Shown in pieces: positions 56,305 to 64,000 of a stretch of DNA of 64,000 nt. Under the pieces are notes generated by a model. It was not told the origin of the DNA. It was given only the letters and a program-made list of their open reading frames with translations, and made no database searches. Source of the stretch: the human T2T-CHM13v2.0 reference genome, Homo sapiens; assembly GCF_009914755.1 (NCBI RefSeq), contig NC_060928.1; one strand, 5' to 3'. Every line of letters begins with the position of its first letter. Positions within the stretch are counted from its first letter, which is position 1. Position numbers and translations under genes: made by a program.

Positions 56305-56833
56305 GTGTGCAAAAGTGACTGCCTATTGCAGAGCAAAATTTGGTACAAAGAATGTGGCTTTCTATGAAAATTTCCACCATATTTTGTTTGTAATGATATT
56401 TGTAAAGTCTCTTTTTGAGCTCTACAGTTAATAGCTAACGGTCAGGATTCACTCTGTGTTCAGTTTTACAAAGCATTCTTTGCTTGGGGCTCATCTCTTC
56501 AAGAAGAGAGCCAGCTGTGTTCCCTAGTGGCCCATCTACAAGATCCCCCAGCTTACCTTAAGAGATTTTTCTCTTTTCCTCCCTATATTTCTCTGTGCCC
56601 CCAGATGTGTGGATTATGAAATCTGCCTAAGGGTCTGAACATCTGGCTTTGCAGAAGGACCACAAAGCGTTGGTTCAATTTTATTCAAATTTACCTAGAT
56701 CAATTTAGATATCACACTTTGATTTGCTGATGTGGGGGGTTAGTGTCCAAAACACTAACATCTTACAATAACATCCATGCTGATAAGTAGTCAAACACAT
56801 ATGCCCATATGTACATACATGCAATTATGAATA

Positions 56834-57103
56834 TATTTTATTTTCAGAGACTACTTAAGTGAGATCTCACATTTATAGCAAAGAAATAAAATTATTTCAT
56901 TTAATCAGACCTCTTCTTTGGAAAAGAATTGTGATATTTTTCTCAGTGAAATTGGGCCTTTATGCATGTATTTTGTTTTCAGAGACCATTTAAGTGAGAT
57001 CTCACATTTATAGCAAAGAAACACAATTACTTCATTTAATCACACCTTTTCTTTGGTAAAGAATTGTGTTCTTTCTCTCAATGAAATTGGATCTTTATGC
57101 ATC
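56834..57103. repeat. 135-bp tandem duplication, about 88% identity
   Basis: 56834-56968 vs 56969-57103; 16 substitutions by hand count, no indels. Confidence 0.96.
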
Positions 57104-57289
57104 TTTAGATCTCCCAAAGAGATTAAAGAAAAAAAATCTTTCCGTCTTTGAAAAATGGTTTATACAGGATGTAGAACACTTGTAGGGTTGTTTAAATATA
57201 GAGTTTGAGATTTTTCTGTGCTTGTCTAACATATGAAATCTGTATCTTTGTTTTCAGATGAGTAGCCTCTAATCCAAAAGTGAGATATT

Positions 57290-57424
57290 AGCTAGGCATG
57301 GTGGCACTCACCAGTAGTCCCAGCTACTTGAGAGGCCAAGGTAGGAGGACTGCTTGAGCCCTGGAGGTCAAGAGCAGCCTGGGAAGCATAGCAAGACCCC
57401 ACTCTCTAAAAATACATAAATAAA
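57290..57424 (+). mobile_element. FLAM-type Alu monomer
   Basis: Monomer with TSD aaagtgagat(a/t)tt. Confidence 0.88.
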
Positions 57425-58521
57425 GTGAGATTTTAGAGATAAATATTTTTCTTTGTGAAAATGTTCTCCCCAACAAGACTGTGTGTCTAAGGACATAATT
57501 ATTAGTAAAACATTAACATTTTAATGTTTATAGCTGAAATTTTTCTCCTTAGATATTCACTTTGGCTGTGATAATTCTCAACACATTCAAAATGTGTGCC
57601 TCATAGCAGAGTTTATACATTTGGCCATGAGTTTTGATAACAGCTGTGAATAAGCAAAGGATATATTATTTTATACATAAATTGGAAATATGGGTTGTTT
57701 CTGATAGATGTGGTTGTTTTCCATTTATCAGAGTTGTAGGGAAGCTATTTTTCGAAGTTAGGGAAAAACTTTTAAGTCAGGCTCAATTCCTCTCAATACA
57801 CAATCAAGCACCAATTTATATCTGTTCTGCTTAGCTCAGGGCCTTCCACATAGTTCAATTAACAAATTTACTGATTGATAACTACAATTTGTTTCATGGA
57901 GAAGTCATTCATACAAAATGTATTTATAGATCATAATGTAATCAAGCCAAGGTATTACTAGTAAAAAAAAAATCCATTCTTAATACAATTTTAAATGTAA
58001 AGGGATTTTACCTTCAGTTAGTTTAAACAAAGGAATAAATCTCACCCACCCTCCCCCCAACCCTCACTGCAATAATTCTGCTTTGGGTTTCAGGACCTAG
58101 AAATAGAGCTTTTAGTGTTTTTATTTTTAATTCCCATTACAAAATATGTCAACTTTTTAATGACTTTATTATGATGAAATTCTATTCTGGATTACTATCA
58201 TTTTAGGCTTTTCTCATAGACTTACTGTCTTTTACGAGAATTTTACTTTTTAGTTCACAATAGTATGACAAGCAGAGCAGAACTCAATAAAATTTTTTAA
58301 AACCACAAATTTCTCAATAACTCCTCAATACATCAAAGTTTTCATGTAACCATATTTTCTACTCAAAATTTTCAATATACATTTTCTTCATAATTATAAT
58401 TATTGTAAACATTTTATTTAGGGTTTTTACTTCATATGTTATTATAAACAGTTATCTTATCCTTAACTAGTTTTTATATTTATCTAGATTAATGGCTAAA
58501 CTCCCTTGCATTTCTTTCTAA

Positions 58522-59187
<666 letters not shown>

Positions 59188-60238
59188 AGTTCTCTGTATC
59201 TCCACTGCCGCCACCCAGTTCTAAGCCTTCATGACCTTCCATCTGAACAGCCTCAGATGCCTGCTAACTGGACTCCGGGCTTTCACTCTTGCTCCAGCCT
59301 ATTACCCGCTCTTCACGCAGCAGTCAGGAATGATTGTTTTAAAAACATACATCACATCACATGACTCCTCTTTTAAAATCTTTCTGTAATGTTTTATTGC
59401 CCTTGAAATAGAATTCAGATTCTTTGCTACTACCTACCAGGCCCTGCCAGATACGGCTTCTGCCTTTTTTTTTTTTTTTCCAAACCCATCTCCCTCTGTG
59501 AGTTCCTTCCTTCCTCACATATTTCCTGACCTTTATCATGTTTTAGTGGCTTTTTTAGGTGCTGGGAATGGAGAAGTGAATATAACAGTGTCTTCTTTCA
59601 TGGCGCTTACATTTTATGGTGCATGGACCAATGTTGTTTCTGCCTCCCGGGCTCAGCCTTTACTGCTCCTCTGCTTTGGAAAGCACTTATCCTCTCAGGG
59701 CTGCAAAGACAGAGCGAGATTAATCAGTAGATCCAGGACTCGCTAGCCTGTGACCTCTATAAATGGTCATGTTTATCTCCTCAGAGCATACTTCTGCAGG
59801 CTAAATAAATTAAATAATACAAAGCCCTTAGCACAATAAATGTAAGATAAATATGATCTATAATTTGGATTTTTATTATCAGTTTTGCAAAGAAATATTT
59901 CTACAACTTTTTCAGAGATTTCTGAGACTTGCTTCCTTATGGCATTGACCAAACTGCAAAATGAGCTCCCCTGCAGGAATTTTGAGCTACAAAATACATT
60001 CCCAAGAAGCTGGAAAAGTATTTCCTCCCAGAGCCAGGGCTCTGCTGTGCAGCATAATACAAATATCCCAAGCTTAACGCCATGGTTTTTATCATGGATG
60101 CTGATTAGAACATAATTTAGTGATGTTTTTGATTGGAAACAAATTTTGACCCCATGGTGCGTTACATTCAAAATGTCTCCATTGCAAAGTGTTTAAACTT
60201 TTATTATTGCATTTATCACATTGTATTATAGTCGTGGG

Positions 60239-60352
60239 TAGGGTAACCACACATCCTAAGTTTATGCCTTTTGTCCTGAAGTACCATCTGGTTTAGCATT
60301 TTAGCACTCTCAAAAGTGTCCTGGTTTAGACAATAAACTCTATAGTCCCCCA
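60239..60352 (-). mobile_element. MER81-like hAT MITE
   Basis: tagggtaacca...cactctcaaaagtgtcctggtttagacaataaa...tagtcccc. Confidence 0.75.
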
Positions 60353-61129
60353 ATTATGAGGCAGGTGCCTGGCTGCAGAGGCTGAGGAGCACTGGGGTGG
60401 TCCTAAGCTAAGTGTGGGTCTGTTTGAGAAATTGGTGATGCTGGTGACCCAGAGATGTCTGCTTGTTTTGCATGCAGAGAAGGGCATAGAGGAGAAACTT
60501 AGGCACCGAGGGCCAAGGGCAGAATCAGTGGAGGAGAGTAAGGAGGGTCTCCAAGACTACACCTAAACTCTAGAAGAAGAGGGCTCCTCTTCTCATTTCT
60601 GCTAAGAACACAACACATTCTAAGGCAGTGAGGATGGAAGAGAACAGCTTCGTTTTGGTTCTTTTGAGGCTTGTAGTTGTATTATAAGACAGCAAGGAAT
60701 CAAGGGCAATGAGACAAAACTTAGAAGATGCCTTGCAATCCTAAACCTCAGTGAAGTGTGAAAACAACTAAACCTGGGTTTCTGAGGACTAGAAGAAACA
60801 TTTGGGGTTGGCTGAGGATTGGGTTTGCATGCATCTTAATCACCAGAGTAAGATATAATTTGGTTTGGTTTCATGCTAAAGTTTTAGTTTTCGGTACTTC
60901 GAATTAAAGGGTCAGATACAGTCTGTCAGCTAAAAAAGAATATTTGTTAAGTAGAATACTTCATGTCCTGGCAGGAGGAAACCTTTCTGAACAGAGTGCA
61001 CCTTGGTTATTTAGTTTAAAATTTTTATTCTGGAAGATTGTTTAAATTGAGACAGGATGGTAACTTTTTATATACAAGGAATGTTATTAAAGTACTTTGA
61101 GATTTTTGGATGCTTGATTTGAGAGCACT

Positions 61130-62360
61130 TGTCAAAATCAATTTGTTCATACAACACGTATTTAGATCCTACAGCTTGCCATGCACTGTGCTAAGTGCTC
61201 ATGACAATATCACAATGCATATCAACTCCTCTAGTTTCTTCTGCTATGTCTATGCTGAGGACTCTCCCAGAACAGTATCTTAGCCTTTATCTCCCATCTT
61301 AACACTATACAACTAACAGCTGAATACCTTCACATAATTGTCTTATGAATACTTCAAATTGACCACAGTGAACTCATTCTCACCTGCTTACATCCTCCCC
61401 ATCATCACTACCTTCCTCCCAACCCAAGAAGACGTGTCCTTCACTGACATTCCCTCCATCTAGAATAGAACTCCTTCTTCAGAGTATTTGGAGTAGTTTT
61501 TAACTTCTTCATCTTCACGTCCAACAGCCAGTAGTACACCAAAATGGTTTACTTCAAAAGTTTATCTCAAATCTTGCTTCTATCACTTCTACTCCCAATG
61601 ACAGTACTAAAGTTCAGATTTCCATTGTATTTCACTTGCGTAATTATAGTAGCCTCTTCACTAATTTCCTTAGACTACAGTCTATTGCATTTCTACTTCA
61701 TGTATTAGAGAGATCTTTCTGAAACACAGATCAGAAATGATACTTTTCTTCTTGAAAAATATCCAATTGCCTACACAATAAAGTACTGACTCTCTATTTT
61801 AGCTTACTGTCTGTTCAAACTATATTTTCCAGGCTTTTCTTCCACATCACTCCCACTTTACCCTCCAACTCTAGCAGATTATTCACTATTTCATGACCCT
61901 TATATGCTTTTGGTTCCATGCCTTTGATCATGTTATTAACTCAGTCGGTAATATACCTACTGAAATAGCATTCATTCTTTCACACTAAGCCAGTTGGTAT
62001 TAATTGCTTACTCTACTCTTTCTAAAATACTAGTACTTTTTTAAAAAGATCTTTTAACATCGTTTCTTCTGCTATTCATTAAGGTTAGTAATAAACAAAA
62101 GGCACATGGGAGTCAGTGTTTGTCTTGGTCCCTATAAATGGTCATGTGATCCTCCAAAAGTCACGTAACTCCTCCAGACCTCTGAAAAATTGTGGTGATA
62201 CTATATATGAAGTATTACAGAACTGTATGTGATGTATTATGGTTGCCTTCCTCCCACTGAAGTCCTTAATAATGAGGGGTAGTTTTCTTCATTTTTGTCT
62301 CTTTCACAACACCTAGTAAGTTCCTTTCTTGCACAACATAAGCCATCTTTAAATGCTTAT
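61130..62360. mobile_element. L2 and MIR fragments
   Basis: L2-like pyrimidine-rich segments at about 61240-61980; MIR-like sequence at about 62100-62230. Confidence 0.55.
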
Positions 62361-64000
62361 TTAAATATTAAAAATTAAAATGTCACTGTAATATAAAATA
62401 ATGCTCTAAATTTATCGTTGTATCATAGGTACTTAGGGGTTATGGTAAATTTGAACTTGAATATGTGAGAAATGATATTTCCCTTAAACAGTGAGAAAAG
62501 CACAAAGTACATCAGAATGATGTTGGAACAGCAGGTCTTGCCTGTAACGTGATTGGCTACATTAAGACTTTAATAAATTGATGTAATAATAAGTGGAAGT
62601 ATTAGAAACATTCTGAGTCAAAGAAAGGGGAAACTGATGAAAGAAAGGGCAAAACACCATGCTACTTAGTATAAAATTAAAAGCAATATGGGAGCAATTC
62701 TTGGCAGTTTCTAGTAGAAAGTGATTTCAGCTATCAAATTTTAAATGTGCAAAATGATCTCTATTGAGGAGTGCATTTGGCTATTTAAGTCTGATGCAAA
62801 ACACAAAGCATTTGATTCAGGTAACTCCCCTTGATCGGACTCCATGCCCATCAATCAATTTACTGTAGGCTGGTAAACAGAGAGAGAGAAGGTGCTGATC
62901 ACATTTAGTAGGTTATCACTGTAACATTTCCTTTAGTTCTGGATTTAAAATCATGTCATGAAAAATACACGTGCTTGAGGGGTGCTGACAAAACCAGATT
63001 TCTGAGGCTAAGAACCAGACCCAGAACCAATACAAATCCATCATGGTAATAAATGCCACTCTGGGAGAGCTGTTACAAGGCATTGAATTTCACCTAATCC
63101 AATATAAGCTTGGTTTCATTCAAGTTTTTCATTTCTCTGGCTTATTATTGACAATGGTCATAATCTTTTTTGGATGGCATCCAGGAAAATACTATATATT
63201 ATAGTACCAAGATTAATTAAAGGAAGGAGAGAAATACATATTTTTAGAATTTATGCTGTAAGAACAAAAAACTCCAAAGGGAAAGAAAATGAATAACTAT
63301 GAACTCCTTTGCAAACACAATTGCCTAAATTAGACTTTGCAATCAGTTTTTAGGGAAAAATATGTATTTCTCTCCTTCCCTTAATTTCACAAACATTGAG
63401 AAAATAAAATATATAATTGTTGAGAATTATAGAGATACAATAAACTATTCAATGGCTGCAAGACTGAAAATGACATGGGCTTTGGAAGAAACTCACTGGA
63501 GGGCAATGTGATGGGTGTCACTGTGCTAGTATATACACGGAGCTACTTTACTTAGCTCCTTTTATTGTCCTCTCTAAAAGGGCAGCAGCTTTGATAAACT
63601 TTTCTGGGCCACCCCACTTTTCTCAGACTGCCTACCACAGGAGCACAGGCAGATATTCACTGGAACTCTGGCCCTGGCAAAAGGTAATTTCCCTTTGGGA
63701 ACATATATTCATGCAGCTCAGAGGAGACAACTACCCTCAACTTGTTCAAGATGAGGGCACTCTTTGTTCATTTTTTGTTTAGATAAAAATTGGCAAATAC
63801 ACATTAAGTTTCTGTAAAAGGAGCTACTGGATGTCTTGTTATATCAAGACATTTTCTATGAGGATTTTTTTGGAAGAATTTTCTCTGGCTTGAATTCTTT
63901 TGGACAGGTTTTGAAATAAAATGATAAACACTGGTATTGGTAATTGCTACAAATACAAATAACAATTTGTACAATTGTTATTGTAATTTGGTATTGGTAT

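Overview
Primate (human-like) genomic DNA, AT-rich, with no protein-coding gene that I can support. Every long ORF in the track traces to Alu, L1, ERV or low-complexity sequence, or looks like chance. I could not identify the locus. Much of 1-45 kb and 53-64 kb is interspersed repeat: about 13 Alu or Alu-monomer copies, L1, L2, MIR, MaLR/ERV LTRs and hAT/mariner MITEs. A cluster of CpG-rich islands at about 45.4-52.8 kb has no associated coding exons. The most informative structures are: (i) a fragmented minus-strand class-III (ERVL/HERV-S-like) provirus at about 19.9-25.4 kb with RT, RNase H and integrase remnants, an env-TM-like remnant and a probable 3' LTR; (ii) a nested repeat stack (MLT1 containing MER41, which contains an Alu and an L1) whose MER41 keeps one GAS-like site; (iii) several locally templated duplications or insertions; (iv) a Made1 hairpin resembling miR-548; (v) motif clusters and candidate splice sites suggesting enhancers and lncRNA exons. 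I see no convincing new biological system. Repeat family names come from recalled consensus sequences, and boundaries of old repeats are approximate.
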